From Candidatus Woesearchaeota archaeon (GTDB lineage: Archaea; Nanobdellota; Nanobdellia; Woesearchaeales; GW2011-AR4), in NCBI GenBank assembly GCA_002688775.1, contig NZDH01000004.1:123420-187419 (forward strand): a stretch of 64,000 nt of DNA, given 5' to 3'. Shown here piece after piece: positions 18,249 through 28,993 of the stretch (positions within the stretch are counted from its first letter, which is position 1; the number at the start of each line of letters is the position of its first letter). The notes beneath the pieces are model-generated. The model had not been told where the DNA came from, did no database searches, and saw only the letters and a list, made by a program, of their open reading frames with translations. The position numbers and the translations under genes are program-made.

Positions 18249-19526
18249 TTAAATGAAATTTGTAATCCTTTCATTAATTTCTCCTCTAAGATTTTTGGTT
18301 AACAGGTCCCTTACTTCTTCTTTCTTATAATTACCAAGAAGCCAAGCTAATTTTATGAAAGCTGTTTCTGTGAGCATATCTTTGCAATAAATCACTCCGG
18401 CATCTGATAAATTAATGGCTGCTGTATATACATGGGGGTGTGTTCTTCCAAAAATGCACTGTGAAGTCATTGCTACTATTGTTCCTGATTTTATTAATGA
18501 TTTAATAGATTCTAAAATATCTATATTTAATTTTTGTGGAGGATCAACTGGAGCATGTCCTAATCCAGTACCTTCTATTATTAATCCTTCATATCCTTTA
18601 AAGAAATCAAATTGCTCCTTAAACATATTAGGATGACATTTTATTATACCAATCTTATCCCCAAAGGAATCTCTGATAACAAGTTTTTTATCTGATGATT
18701 TTTGATAATCTTTTTTCATAAATTTGATGCTCCTTGTATCGTAATTAATTACTGCAATAGGTTTATCATTAATTGCCTTAAATGCGTCCCTTCTGGAAGT
18801 GTGCATTTTCCTTGTTTTACAAGGAGGAAGTATAACTGAATTATTATCATCTGTTTTTTCATGCATACATATAGCAACACCAGTAAAGTCAGTCTTTGCA
18901 ATAAATTCAGCAGCACATATTAGATTCATTACAGCATCGCTTGAACCTCTATCTGATGATCTTTGAGCACCAACTAATATGACGGGTATATCTATATTCT
19001 CTAAGATAAAGGAAAGTGCTGCAGAAGTATATGCTAATGTGTCTGTTCCGTGAGTTATGATTATTCCATCGATATTTTTTTCTATTTCTTTCTTAATGGC
19101 GTGCGTTATTTTCTCGTAATGCACAAAACGCATATCCTCAGAAAACATCTGTTCAATAAGCCTGCTATCAAAATTTGCAATTTTCTTGAGCTCTGGGAAC
19201 ATTTCCAGTAACTCGGCCGGACTAAATTTTGATATCACTCCCCCAGTTTCATAGTTTACTTTACTGGCGATTGTTCCGCCAGTATGTAAAATTGTGATGG
19301 TTGGTTTTTTGTCATCTTTTTTTATATTATTTTTTAATTGATCTTCTTTCTCCTCAAATTTTTTTACCACTTTAATTTCCTTAATTTTTTTATCATCAAT
19401 ACCAATATTATAACCATTATCTAACTTAATCACAACAGAATCTGTCTCTTTATTCGGCATTAGAATTCCTTCAAAAGTCTCTTCTTTTGTATGTACCTTG
19501 ACAACATCTCCGTACTCTGGTTTCAT
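18249..19526 (-). CDS. gatD: Glutamyl-tRNA(Gln) amidotransferase subunit D
   Basis: Asparaginase-like core with ILHTGGTIAS and HGTDT motifs. 425 aa. Confidence 0.9.
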   Translation of the reverse strand: MKPEYGDVVKVHTKEETFEGILMPNKETDSVVIKLDNGYNIGIDDKKIKEIKVVKKFEEKEDQLKNNIKKDDKKPTITILHTGGTIASKVNYETGGVISKFSPAELLEMFPELKKIANFDSRLIEQMFSEDMRFVHYEKITHAIKKEIEKNIDGIIITHGTDTLAYTSAALSFILENIDIPVILVGAQRSSDRGSSDAVMNLICAAEFIAKTDFTGVAICMHEKTDDNNSVILPPCKTRKMHTSRRDAFKAINDKPIAVINYDTRSIKFMKKDYQKSSDKKLVIRDSFGDKIGIIKCHPNMFKEQFDFFKGYEGLIIEGTGLGHAPVDPPQKLNIDILESIKSLIKSGTIVAMTSQCIFGRTHPHVYTAAINLSDAGVIYCKDMLTETAFIKLAWLLGNYKKEEVRDLLTKNLRGEINERITNFI

Positions 19527-19572
19527 ATTAAGAAAGGTAGAATGAAGTTATATAAAGTTTTTGATGAAACTG

Positions 19573-22203
19573 TTATCCCATATAGCCTGGCTTTTCATCC
19601 AGCATTTGCTTTGCTCTTGCTGATGTTAATTGCTGCTGCAATTCTTGGTAATAACTTTCCACATCTTTTGTAACGCTTGGCCTGACTTTTTGAAGAGCCA
19701 GATCGAAATGCCTTCTAAGGATGACTTTTGAATTGATGTTCTCCCTTAGAGTAAGAATAGCAGCTTCTCTGCAAACTGCTTCAATATCAGCACCAACATA
19801 GCCTTCTGTTTTCTTAGCCAGTGACTTTAAGATTTCCTCTTTGCTCTTTATTTCCTTTTTATCTGAAATTGATGTAGTGGCGTTTTCAAATTCCATCCCA
19901 GTTGCAGGACTGCCACTTTTTGCTACAGTCTTTGTGGCTATCATTTTCTTTTGTTTTACCTTTTCTTCTTGTGCACTTATGCTAATTGGCATTCCTTTTG
20001 TATGGACCTTGAAAATCTCAAATCTTGATTTTTCATCAGGTATAGATGTTAAAATCATCCTATCAAACCTACCTGGCCTTAATAATGCAGTATCCACTAT
20101 GTCTGGCCTGTTGGTAGCAGCGATAACAATCACATCTTGCAGATCTTCCAAGCCATCAATTTCTGTAAGCAATTGATTTACAACCCTTTCACTTACATGA
20201 CTGTCCGAGCTTGCGCCTCGCTTTGGAGCTAATGAATCAAGTTCGTCAAAGAAAATAATACATGGGCTTACCTGCCTGGCTTTCTTGAAAACTTCCCGTA
20301 CAGCTTTTTCACTTTCACCAACCCATTTTGACAGAAGTTCAGGACCTTTAACGCTGATGAAATTCGCTTCGCTTTCATTTGCAACAGCCTTTGCCAGTAA
20401 TGTCTTTCCTGAACCAGGAGCACCATACAATAAAATACCTCTTGGTGGCCTTACACCCAATCTCTTGAAAGATTCTGGATGTTTCAAAGGCCATTCAACA
20501 GCCTCTATCAACTCTTGTTTTAAATTATCCAGGCCGCCGATGTCAAACCATTTTATATTAGGTATTTCAACAAGAACTTCCCTTAATGCACTTGGCCTTA
20601 CAACCTTCAAAGCCTCTTTAAAATCATGCTGCGTTAATATAAGTTTTTCAAGCAATTCCTTTGGCAATGGTTCATCTTCTTTTAATCTTAAATCAGGCAG
20701 GGCCTTACGCAGTACAATCATAGCAGCTTCTTTAGCTAATGAGGATAAGTCAGCTCCAACAAAACCATGTGTTACTTCAGATAGTTCCTTAAGAGAAACC
20801 AATTTTGTTTCATGGGACAATTTTTCCATATGTCTTTTTAGCTTTGATATATCAATTTTCTTGAATAGCTCATTTTTTTCAGGATTATCCACAAGATATT
20901 TGTTTATTGTTCTTTCTAAGTTTCTTGAATTGGTATCTTTGTATCTTAATAAATTGAAAACTGCCTCTTTGTATTCCTGCTCAAAATCACTGTCTTTTAC
21001 AATGTTTTCTTTTGTATACATTGGCATGTTTCTTGTGTGGATTTTAAGAATATTAAGCCTGCCCTCTGTACCTGGAACACCGATTTCTATTTCCCTATCA
21101 AATCGTCCTGGTCTTCTTAACGCAGGGTCAAGGATATTTGGCACGTTTGTTGCTGCAATGACAACAACTTTGCCTCTTGACTGCAGGCCATCCATCAAAG
21201 CAAGCATTTGAGCAACAACTCTTCTCTCAACTTCACCCCTTGTCTCTTCCCTTTTGGATGCAATTGCATCAATCTCATCAATAAAAATTATGGAAGGCGC
21301 ATTTTTCTCTGCTTCCTCAAATTTTTTTCTTAAGTTTTCTTCTGATTGGCCATAATATTTGCTCATAATCTCAGGCCCATTGATCAATAGAAAATGTGAA
21401 TTTGTCTCGTTTGCAACAGCCTTCGCCAGCAAAGTCTTTCCAGTTCCCGGAGGGCCGTGCAATAAAACACCTTTTGGAGCTTCGATTCCGAGTCTTTCGA
21501 ATATTTCAGGATGTTTTAATGGGAGTTCAACCATCTCTCTGACTTTTTTAATTTCATCCTGCAAGCCACCAACATCTTCGTAAGTTATATCGGGAACTCT
21601 TTCTTCATCAATTTCAACAGCTTCTGACCTGAATTCAATCTCTGTTTGATCTAAGATAATAACAGGCTGCTTTGGACTAGTGTCAACAACAACAAATTTT
21701 ATGTCTCCGAAACCAATGCCCATCATGCTTTCATCAAGAATACTAAAAATATCCTCATCAAAAAAAGGATTATTCATCATTGTTGATTTACGCCTTCTTG
21801 CACCACCTAATGAGACTATGTCACCTTTTACAACAGCCCTTCCAAGAAGTCCCTGCTTGAAAATTTCAGAAGAAGCCCTTATGACAATTCCCTTTCTTGC
21901 AGGAGCAATAATGATCTTTTTGGCCTCTTTTACAAGAGCTTTTCTTATCTTTACTATCTCTCCTATGCCTGTTTTGCCGTTCTTTCTTACGATGCCGTCC
22001 ATCCTTATGATGTTCAATCCAATATCGCCAGGGTAAGATCTGTCAGCAATAGCAACTGTTTTTCTTTCGCCTTCTATCTCAACTATGTCTCCTGGTTTTA
22101 TGTCTACCTCTGCCAAGTATCCCGAGTCAATCCTGACTATTCCCTTGTTTACGTCATCTTGAATAGCCTCTGCTACCTTTAGTTTGAGTTCCTTTTCTGG
22201 CAT
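19573..22203 (-). CDS. cdc48: CDC48/VCP-type AAA+ ATPase (two ATPase domains), with two lineage-specific insertions
   Basis: N-domain ([23 protein letters not shown]) and two Walker A sites ([16 protein letters not shown]). 876 aa, against about 730-750 as usual. Confidence 0.95.
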   Translation of the reverse strand: MPEKELKLKVAEAIQDDVNKGIVRIDSGYLAEVDIKPGDIVEIEGERKTVAIADRSYPGDIGLNIIRMDGIVRKNGKTGIGEIVKIRKALVKEAKKIIIAPARKGIVIRASSEIFKQGLLGRAVVKGDIVSLGGARRRKSTMMNNPFFDEDIFSILDESMMGIGFGDIKFVVVDTSPKQPVIILDQTEIEFRSEAVEIDEERVPDITYEDVGGLQDEIKKVREMVELPLKHPEIFERLGIEAPKGVLLHGPPGTGKTLLAKAVANETNSHFLLINGPEIMSKYYGQSEENLRKKFEEAEKNAPSIIFIDEIDAIASKREETRGEVERRVVAQMLALMDGLQSRGKVVVIAATNVPNILDPALRRPGRFDREIEIGVPGTEGRLNILKIHTRNMPMYTKENIVKDSDFEQEYKEAVFNLLRYKDTNSRNLERTINKYLVDNPEKNELFKKIDISKLKRHMEKLSHETKLVSLKELSEVTHGFVGADLSSLAKEAAMIVLRKALPDLRLKEDEPLPKELLEKLILTQHDFKEALKVVRPSALREVLVEIPNIKWFDIGGLDNLKQELIEAVEWPLKHPESFKRLGVRPPRGILLYGAPGSGKTLLAKAVANESEANFISVKGPELLSKWVGESEKAVREVFKKARQVSPCIIFFDELDSLAPKRGASSDSHVSERVVNQLLTEIDGLEDLQDVIVIAATNRPDIVDTALLRPGRFDRMILTSIPDEKSRFEIFKVHTKGMPISISAQEEKVKQKKMIATKTVAKSGSPATGMEFENATTSISDKKEIKSKEEILKSLAKKTEGYVGADIEAVCREAAILTLRENINSKVILRRHFDLALQKVRPSVTKDVESYYQELQQQLTSARAKQMLDEKPGYMG

Positions 22204-22265
22204 TTTATTACTTTCAGATAGATAACAGTTTTATAAATCTTTTGTTTCAATTTATGAGAAGAATC

Positions 22266-22694
22266 CTATCCAATATAATTCTTATCTGGAACTGCCACCT
22301 GCACTTTGGGCATTGGAATTGGCGGGGGTAAATTAACCTGCTGACTTAGTATCAACGCCTGTATATTGCATTTTGTAAGTATTGTATTAAGCATGCCTGC
22401 CATAATCTCTTTTGGTAATTTTTTGTCTTTTTTCCAAGAATTTAGTATTTCCTTATTCTTTTTTGGATCCTGCATATACAAAAGCTCTCCCTCAAATAAT
22501 ATTGTAGCGACAGATGGTTCATATTTTGATGTGAACTCAAATACAAATTTCAAGACGTTTTGCTTGTCCTTGCCTAAAGAAAAATTATCTTGTGTAACAT
22601 CCTTAATCTTTACATTGTTATTTATATCAATCTTGCCTTTTGCTTTTTCTTTCTTTTCAACACTTAGTTTTGTGAAACCGAATCCAACTATCAT
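22266..22694 (-). CDS. Hypothetical protein
   Basis: 142 aa ORF with a plausible start and coding-like composition. No motif recognised. Confidence 0.45.
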   Translation of the reverse strand: MIVGFGFTKLSVEKKEKAKGKIDINNNVKIKDVTQDNFSLGKDKQNVLKFVFEFTSKYEPSVATILFEGELLYMQDPKKNKEILNSWKKDKKLPKEIMAGMLNTILTKCNIQALILSQQVNLPPPIPMPKVQVAVPDKNYIG

Positions 22695-22738
22695 TTTAAT
22701 TTTAGGTTTATAATGATATATATAAATGTTATTGATGA

Positions 22739-24496
22739 TTAACTCTTTTTTTGAGAGGCATACAATTCTTTAACATACAGCAAATTAGAAGCATTTCTGG
22801 AGCCTTTGTCCTCTCTAACTTGGATGATCCTCGGAAATCTGAGCGAATATCCTGAGCTAGAAGTCGGAGATTTCTGTATTTCTTCATAACCTACCTCAAT
22901 GACGATTTTTGGCTTTATTTTGACTTCTTTTCCTTTTTCGCTTATGATTAACGGCTTGAGCAGCTTTGTCATTTCTTCAAAACTTAGTCCTTCTTCCTTT
23001 TTCTCCTTCAATCCAGTGCTTGCCTTGCCAATCTCAAGATATCCTCCCTGATCAACGCAAGCTATATGATAACTGCTCAACCATCTGGCCCTCTTGCCTT
23101 CCCCCCACTCAGCACCTACAATTACTAAATCAAGCGTGTCCATTATGTGCTTGAATTTAACCATATAACCGACTCTTGCGCCTGGTTTGTAAGGTGATTT
23201 AAGCGATTTAAACATCAAACCTTCATTTCCTGCGTTCACTGATTCCTTGAAAAATTTTTCAACATCGTGACTGTTGCTAGTTGTTTTATTTTTTGAACAA
23301 ACGATTTTTTTAGGTTCATGTTTGACTATTTTCTCAATCAACTTTCTCCTTTTTTCAAATTCCTCATTAAGCAAGTTCTTTCCCTGGTAATTAATGACAT
23401 CAAAAACATTTAACTCCACTGGAAAATCTTTTGACATTTTGTCAATGTCATATTTTCTCTTGATTCTTTGAGAAATGTTCTGGAAAGGTAAGTATTGTCC
23501 AGTCTTTTTGCTGTATCCAACTGCCTCAGAATCTATAATGAAACTCTTGCCCTTGACATATTTTTTGATGAATTCAACTGCATCTGGAAATTGTTTTGTG
23601 ACATCCTCTAATCTTCTGGTGAATAATCTTATATTTCCATGGTGGTCTTTGTGAGCCTGAATTCTAAAGCCGTCATACTTGAATTCAATTGCAGCTGGCT
23701 TTCCGACTGTCTCAAATCCCTCTTCTACAGTATCAACTTTCAAAGCCAGCATAACCTGAATTGGAATGCCTACTTTCATCTCTATGTTTTCAAGTCCTTT
23801 CAATCCATGTGTTTTTGCAGCTTTTACAACTACAGAAAATTCGTTTGTAACATCATATGCGCTTTGCACTGCATCTAAGTATTTGTTATAGACTTCTCTG
23901 TCTTCAACTTCAATGTCATTTTCCTCTTTTGTGTATTTTACTCCAATTTTATCGTTGAAGAAAGCCCATGTAATCGCATCACGCATTACCCCTTCTCCGA
24001 CACCGATGCGCATTACTCCAAGAATAGTCTTGACAATGTATTTTGCTTCCAAAGGTTTTGATGATGTCAGGAGTTCTGCTATCAACTGAGTTTTTCTATC
24101 AACAGTGCCTTGCCCTTCAAGTTCCGCAAGTTTTCTTATATTATCAAATACTTTCTTTAAGTTTAACTTTGTGGAGTGTAAAGTGGCTTGTTTTTTTGTC
24201 TTAATCAAAGATTCAGCAACCAAACCTAAGTCTCCTTTCTTTTTCCATTCTTTTTCTATTTTATCAACAGTTGTTCCGGTTGCAATATTGATTGCTTTCA
24301 GCATCAACCTGGATGCGACTCCAGTTTCTCTTGGATCATAATTTGGAAAAGCCCTGCCTTCTAAAAGGAGCATTACATGCTCTATATCATCCAGGTGCAC
24401 ATTTTTCAAGAATTCTGAGATTACATGAGTCTTTTCAAGCCTTTTTGTGGTCTTGTTTAAATCTTCGTAGATCTCGACTAATTTAGAGTATTCCAT
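22739..24496 (-). CDS. lig: ATP-dependent DNA ligase
   Basis: Motif I EFKYDGFRIQ (active-site Lys) and the C-terminal LRFPRI motif. 585 aa. Confidence 0.95.
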   Translation of the reverse strand: MEYSKLVEIYEDLNKTTKRLEKTHVISEFLKNVHLDDIEHVMLLLEGRAFPNYDPRETGVASRLMLKAINIATGTTVDKIEKEWKKKGDLGLVAESLIKTKKQATLHSTKLNLKKVFDNIRKLAELEGQGTVDRKTQLIAELLTSSKPLEAKYIVKTILGVMRIGVGEGVMRDAITWAFFNDKIGVKYTKEENDIEVEDREVYNKYLDAVQSAYDVTNEFSVVVKAAKTHGLKGLENIEMKVGIPIQVMLALKVDTVEEGFETVGKPAAIEFKYDGFRIQAHKDHHGNIRLFTRRLEDVTKQFPDAVEFIKKYVKGKSFIIDSEAVGYSKKTGQYLPFQNISQRIKRKYDIDKMSKDFPVELNVFDVINYQGKNLLNEEFEKRRKLIEKIVKHEPKKIVCSKNKTTSNSHDVEKFFKESVNAGNEGLMFKSLKSPYKPGARVGYMVKFKHIMDTLDLVIVGAEWGEGKRARWLSSYHIACVDQGGYLEIGKASTGLKEKKEEGLSFEEMTKLLKPLIISEKGKEVKIKPKIVIEVGYEEIQKSPTSSSGYSLRFPRIIQVREDKGSRNASNLLYVKELYASQKKS

Positions 24497-24588
24497 AGAA
24501 TAAATATGTATTATTGCGGGTTTATTAATTTTATTGGTGTTTACTATTTTCAGTTAACTATTTAAATATCCTTATACAAAAATACATT

Positions 24589-25248
24589 ATGGACGTTTTT
24601 GATTGCATAAGGACAAGAAGATCAATAAGGAAGTACAAAGACAAGCCTGTTCCGTGGGACAATATTGTGGAGATTATGCAGGCTGGCAAATATGCTCCTT
24701 TTGCCGGCAATATAATGAATTGCAAGTTCATTGTTGTAAAAGATGAAGCTAAAAGAAGGTCTATTGCTGAATGTTGCGCTCAACAATACTGGATGCAGGA
24801 TGCCCCCGTACACATCGTTGTTGTCGGTGAGCCTCAAAAAGCAGACAGGTATTATGGAACAAGAGGGGTAAGACTTTACACAATACAGGGAATAGCTGCT
24901 GCAGTTGAAAATATGCTGTTGACTGCGCATTCTCTTGGCTTAGGCGCTTGTTGGGTTGGAGCTTTTGATGAGGATGAAATAAGAAGGAATTGCAATCTTC
25001 CAGAGGATGTAAATGTGCAGGCAATTGTCACAATAGGGTATGCTGATGAATATCCTGAAATGCCGCCAAAATTAAGGATAGAGCATGCAATGTACTTTGA
25101 AAAATGGTGGGGCAGAATTGAAGGACCAAAAACAGGATTAGGGATGTGGAGTCCTGTAATCAAAAAGCAAGTCACAGAAACCCATAAGAACATAAAGAAA
25201 GCAATTGGGAGAGTTAAGAAGAAGTTGAAGAAAAAGAAAAAAGAATAG
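24589..25248 (+). CDS. Nitroreductase family protein
   Basis: The N-terminal RRSIRKY motif and the GLGACWVGAF segment are typical of the nitroreductase fold. Lys-rich tail. Confidence 0.85.
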   Translation: MDVFDCIRTRRSIRKYKDKPVPWDNIVEIMQAGKYAPFAGNIMNCKFIVVKDEAKRRSIAECCAQQYWMQDAPVHIVVVGEPQKADRYYGTRGVRLYTIQGIAAAVENMLLTAHSLGLGACWVGAFDEDEIRRNCNLPEDVNVQAIVTIGYADEYPEMPPKLRIEHAMYFEKWWGRIEGPKTGLGMWSPVIKKQVTETHKNIKKAIGRVKKKLKKKKKE

Positions 25249-25328
25249 AATTCTAATAAATAGGCGAGCCATTGAGCGAGCCTAACTTTTGCCGAAGGTG
25301 GGTTTAATAATTATTATCATTAATTATT

Positions 25329-25453
25329 GAAAATTAGTCGCATATACATTACTGATTTGTTCACAAACACTTAATGAATTATTTGTGCACTCATTTCTTC
25401 TGTATTGTACTGGGCCCCTAATAACAATGAAAAAATCAAAATTTTAAAAATAA
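25329..25453. repeat. Intergenic repeat family R1, copy A
   Basis: Shares AAATTAGYCRCATATACATTA, TTCACAAAC, TCATTTCTTCNGTATTGTACTGGGCYC and AATAACAATGAAAAA blocks with 36710-36887 and 42821-42986. Confidence 0.75.
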
Positions 25454-25469
25454 TAAAAAACCAAAAAGA

Positions 25470-25594
25470 AAAAAATGTGGCCCATTGCTGAGCCACCGCT
25501 TGCCTTCATATTAAAAACGTTGGGGGTGGTTTTCTTAATGAAGGCAAAGAAACAATCTCACCACAAAGACTAAAGGGGTGATCGTGAGTTTTGA
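25470..25594 (-). ncRNA. GC-rich, three-hairpin region directly downstream of the ftsZ stop, ending in an oligo-T tract (candidate sRNA or structured 3' UTR)
   Basis: Sense strand: CTCAC-GAT-CAC...GTG-GTGAG, then TGCCTTCAT...ATGAAGGCA, then GTGGC...GCCAC, followed by ATTTTTTTCTTTTT. Partial similarity to the element at 11333-11400. Confidence 0.35.
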
Positions 25595-26695
25595 TTATTG
25601 CCTAACTAATTCTATTCCCAGCTCTTCACTGACAGCAACTGCTTCCGGTGATGGTTTTGAGTAATCAACTTTGCCAAGTATCCAAGGGCTTTTTACTCCA
25701 GTCACAATGGTCATTACTGTTATCCTTCCTTTCATATCATCTTGGACTCTGGCACCCCAGATTACATTTGCATCCTGGTCTAAACTTTCAGTTACCATCT
25801 CTCCTGCCTTGTTGATATCTTCCAGTGTCATGTCAGGGCCGCCGACAATATGGATCAATGCGCCTGTTGCACCGGCATAATCTACTTCAAGCAGAGGATT
25901 TGCTAACGCTCCCTTTACAGCTTCCTCAACTTTGCTGTTAGTGTCAGAAGATCCAACTCCTATCGCTGCAACTCCTCCATTCTGCATGATTGCTTTTACA
26001 TCAGCGTAGTCCAGATTGACAAGTGATGGAACTGCGATTGTTTCCACAATTCCCTTGATCATTGTTGCAATTAATTCATTAGCAACTGCAAAAGCATGTT
26101 GTATTGGGAGATTTCCTGCAATTTGAACTAATCTATTGTTGTCAATTACAATAACTGTGTCTGTTACTTGCCTTAATTGCTGCAGTCCAAATTCTGCCTT
26201 GTCAACTCTAGCCCTTTCTATCTTGAAAGGCATTGTGACTGTTCCAATTACAATAGCTCCTGTGTCTTGTGCAAGATGCGCTACAATCGGTGCACTTCCA
26301 GTTCCTGTGCCACCGCCCATTCCAGCGCAAACAAAAACCATGTCAGCTCCTTTTAGAGATTCTTTTAACTCCGGCAATGATTCTTTTGCTGCTTCAGCCC
26401 CCTTTTCAGGAAAACCGCCGCATCCCAGACCGCGAGTTACACCTTTTCCAATCAAGAACTTACGATCAGCATCAATTATTGTAAGATGCTGCTTATCGGT
26501 GTTGCATGCTATTATTTCAGCGCCTTTTATACCTTTTTTGTAGAGCCATCCAACCATGTTGTTGCCAGCTCCACCAGCGCCTAAAACTTTTATATTTGCC
26601 CGGCCAACTTCAAATCCCAAGCTTGTATCCTTTAACTGATTTACCGCTCCTTCTACCAAAAAGTCCATTTTTATCTCCCCCTTTTCCCCAGCCAT
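25595..26695 (-). CDS. ftsZ: Cell division GTPase FtsZ
   Basis: GAGGAGNNMV and the tubulin signature GMGGGTGTGSAP. 366 aa. Confidence 0.96.
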   Translation of the reverse strand: MAGEKGEIKMDFLVEGAVNQLKDTSLGFEVGRANIKVLGAGGAGNNMVGWLYKKGIKGAEIIACNTDKQHLTIIDADRKFLIGKGVTRGLGCGGFPEKGAEAAKESLPELKESLKGADMVFVCAGMGGGTGTGSAPIVAHLAQDTGAIVIGTVTMPFKIERARVDKAEFGLQQLRQVTDTVIVIDNNRLVQIAGNLPIQHAFAVANELIATMIKGIVETIAVPSLVNLDYADVKAIMQNGGVAAIGVGSSDTNSKVEEAVKGALANPLLEVDYAGATGALIHIVGGPDMTLEDINKAGEMVTESLDQDANVIWGARVQDDMKGRITVMTIVTGVKSPWILGKVDYSKPSPEAVAVSEELGIELVRQ

Positions 26696-26814
26696 AGTGG
26701 TTTTTTATACAGTTTACAATATATTCTTTCGATTACCGAAATATTTATATTGCTCTTCGATGCTTATCCTTTTAGAATTAGTTTGTGCTAACAGGCTGAT
26801 TTGATACCGTTTTG

Positions 26815-26916
26815 TAGTTTTTTTCGTACTAAAAAACTAGAATTTACAAACCAAGATTATTTAATGTTGCTTTTCGCCAAAAAAGCACTTAAATTGAGTT
26901 TTTCGCCAAAAAAACT
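26815..26916. promoter_or_regulatory. Inverted repeat plus two direct TTTTCGCCAAAAAA boxes in the ftsZ/dph5 divergent intergenic region
   Basis: TAGTTTTTT-N7-AAAAAACTA at 26815-26839. CTTTTCGCCAAAAAAG at 26870 and GTTTTTCGCCAAAAAAAC at 26899. Confidence 0.35.
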
Positions 26917-27057
26917 CTTATTTAATCTTTCTTTTATTTTCATATTATATATAAAGTGATTTATATTTATTTCTGGGATTTAAAATATATGTTAGGGGAT
27001 ATAGTTTTTAATTCAAAAATAGGAATAAATTAAAATTGGATATAATTTCGATCAAAT

Positions 27058-27810
27058 ATGACACTCTACTTCATCGGTTTAGGCCTGAACAACGAGAAAG
27101 ACATCACAGTTGCTGGTCTAGAGGCAGTAAAAAAATGTGATGGTGTTTATTTAGAAAGCTATACTTCTGTTCTGAACTGTGCGAAAGGTGATTTAGAGAA
27201 ATTTTATGGTAAAAAAATCATATCTGCAAGAAGAAATTTGGTAGAAGGAGATGATAATGAAATCATAGAGAATGCCAAGACAAAAAATGTTGCCTTTTTG
27301 GTTATTGGTGATCCGATGGCTGCGACAACGCATATTGATTTATACTTAAGAGCTAAAAAAGAGGAAATTAAGTGTGAAGTGATTCATAATGCTTCCATCA
27401 TCAGCGCTGTAGGTGTTACTGGATTGCAGCTGTATAAGTTTGGTAAGGTGACTAGCATCCCATTGGAAAATGAAAATGTTGAAACTCCTTATGATGTCTT
27501 AAAAGATAACCTGAAATCGGGATTGCATACCTTATTTCTGCTTGACTTGAATCCTGACGAAGAAAAATACATGAGCGTGACTGACGCAATAAGATATTTG
27601 CTCAAAATTGAACTAAAAAGGAATGAAAGGGTTTTTTCTGAGAGGACTTTATGCGTTGGATGTGCAAGAATCGGAAGCAAAGATCAAGTAATAAAAGCCG
27701 GAAGTGCAGGAGCTTTATTGAAGCATGATTTTGGAAAGCCGGTTCACTGCCTGATTGTCCCTGGAAAAATGCATTTTATGGAGGAGGAAACTCTAAAACT
27801 TTATTCTTAA
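27058..27810 (+). CDS. dph5: Diphthine synthase
   Basis: MTLYFIGLGL...LESYTS... tetrapyrrole-methylase fold, typical of Dph5. 250 aa. Confidence 0.93.
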   Translation: MTLYFIGLGLNNEKDITVAGLEAVKKCDGVYLESYTSVLNCAKGDLEKFYGKKIISARRNLVEGDDNEIIENAKTKNVAFLVIGDPMAATTHIDLYLRAKKEEIKCEVIHNASIISAVGVTGLQLYKFGKVTSIPLENENVETPYDVLKDNLKSGLHTLFLLDLNPDEEKYMSVTDAIRYLLKIELKRNERVFSERTLCVGCARIGSKDQVIKAGSAGALLKHDFGKPVHCLIVPGKMHFMEEETLKLYS

Positions 27811-28178
27811 GTGCAGTGACCATCAACGCATCCACTTTTACAAAGGAAGTATTCGTTTTTTGGCTCTTCGTCTTCACAATAATATTCAGAAACGTGGTTT
27901 TTATCAACGCAGAAATCCTTTAACTCAAATCTTTCTGATTTATTTGTGAATCCAAGTACGGTACCATTTACCCATTTTATAGTTCCATTATCCGTGTCGT
28001 GGCAAAGCTTAACTGTGAGAATCTCTTCTTCTGGCTCAATTTCTGCTTCAACAGTTTCATCTTGCGTTTCTTCTGCAACAACTTCTCCAGTTATTTCTTC
28101 GGATTCAACCTCTTCTTTACCGCAACCAATAACTAGAATTAGTATAATAATGAATATAATGTATAGATATTGCTTCAT
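27807..28178 (-). CDS. Putative secreted/lipid-anchored Cys-rich protein
   Basis: Signal peptide ending in the lipobox-like LVIGC, an acidic linker, and a C-terminal domain with 7 Cys. Confidence 0.5.
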   Translation of the reverse strand: MKQYLYIIFIIILILVIGCGKEEVESEEITGEVVAEETQDETVEAEIEPEEEILTVKLCHDTDNGTIKWVNGTVLGFTNKSERFELKDFCVDKNHVSEYYCEDEEPKNEYFLCKSGCVDGHCT

Positions 28179-28224
28179 ATAGTTATCGGGAATCTTTTCC
28201 TATAAAAAATTTTGGGTTTTGAAT

Positions 28225-28875
28225 TTAATTTTTGCACAGATTATAAATCAAATCAAAAGCTTTGAGCAATTTTTCATCATCTATTATCAGGATATGCTCA
28301 TTAGATGATATTAAAGCATCTATTATGCTTATATTATGCTCTGCCAATTCATTGTAGATGGTGGCAAATACTCCTGGAGTTTTTTTCAAAATTCTCGGAT
28401 AAGTTATCTCTATCAAACCTACTTTCTTGTTTTCCTCCAATAAAAGGTCCTTTGGGAATATTGCTTTTATTTTGTCAAAATTTTTTTGGTCAATGACAAT
28501 TGTCAAAGCCTGAGACCCCTCAAGAACTCTTATGACATCGTGACCCTGGAAATCCATAAGCTTGTCTGGCCTTCCAAGCTTCGTCTTGACCAAATCAGTC
28601 CTTTTAAGAAGCAGAGTTGACATTTTCGTCCTTGTTGCAACCCTTGCCTGCCTTAAGACATTATGAACTGAATGTGTATCTTCACTTTTTTTTGTATTTA
28701 TTTCGTATCTTCTTATCGCGCTTATGACTGAGTCAATTGAAGTGTTTAATTTCTGTGTTGCAATAATATGCTTTGCCAAGCTTCTTACATTTATTATTTT
28801 TCTTGAAAGGGTTTTTTTTATTGAAATGTCTGTATCAATAAGTTTCCAAACCAACCCCCTTATATTATCCTGCAT
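28225..28875 (-). CDS. ACT-domain protein (predicted amino-acid-responsive regulator)
   Basis: The C-terminal ITYPRILKKTPGVFATIYNELAEHNISIID is ACT-like. Divergent from the serA-like gene. Confidence 0.45.
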   Translation of the reverse strand: MQDNIRGLVWKLIDTDISIKKTLSRKIINVRSLAKHIIATQKLNTSIDSVISAIRRYEINTKKSEDTHSVHNVLRQARVATRTKMSTLLLKRTDLVKTKLGRPDKLMDFQGHDVIRVLEGSQALTIVIDQKNFDKIKAIFPKDLLLEENKKVGLIEITYPRILKKTPGVFATIYNELAEHNISIIDALISSNEHILIIDDEKLLKAFDLIYNLCKN

Positions 28876-28993
28876 TTCTCTTGACAGAAATTTATGTCAA
28901 TTTATAAAGTTTTGTGCTAAATTTGTCATTTTTAGAAGAAAGTTAGCATATGTGTCAAAAGGGATTTAAAGGGAATATTACTCCAAAATTTAG

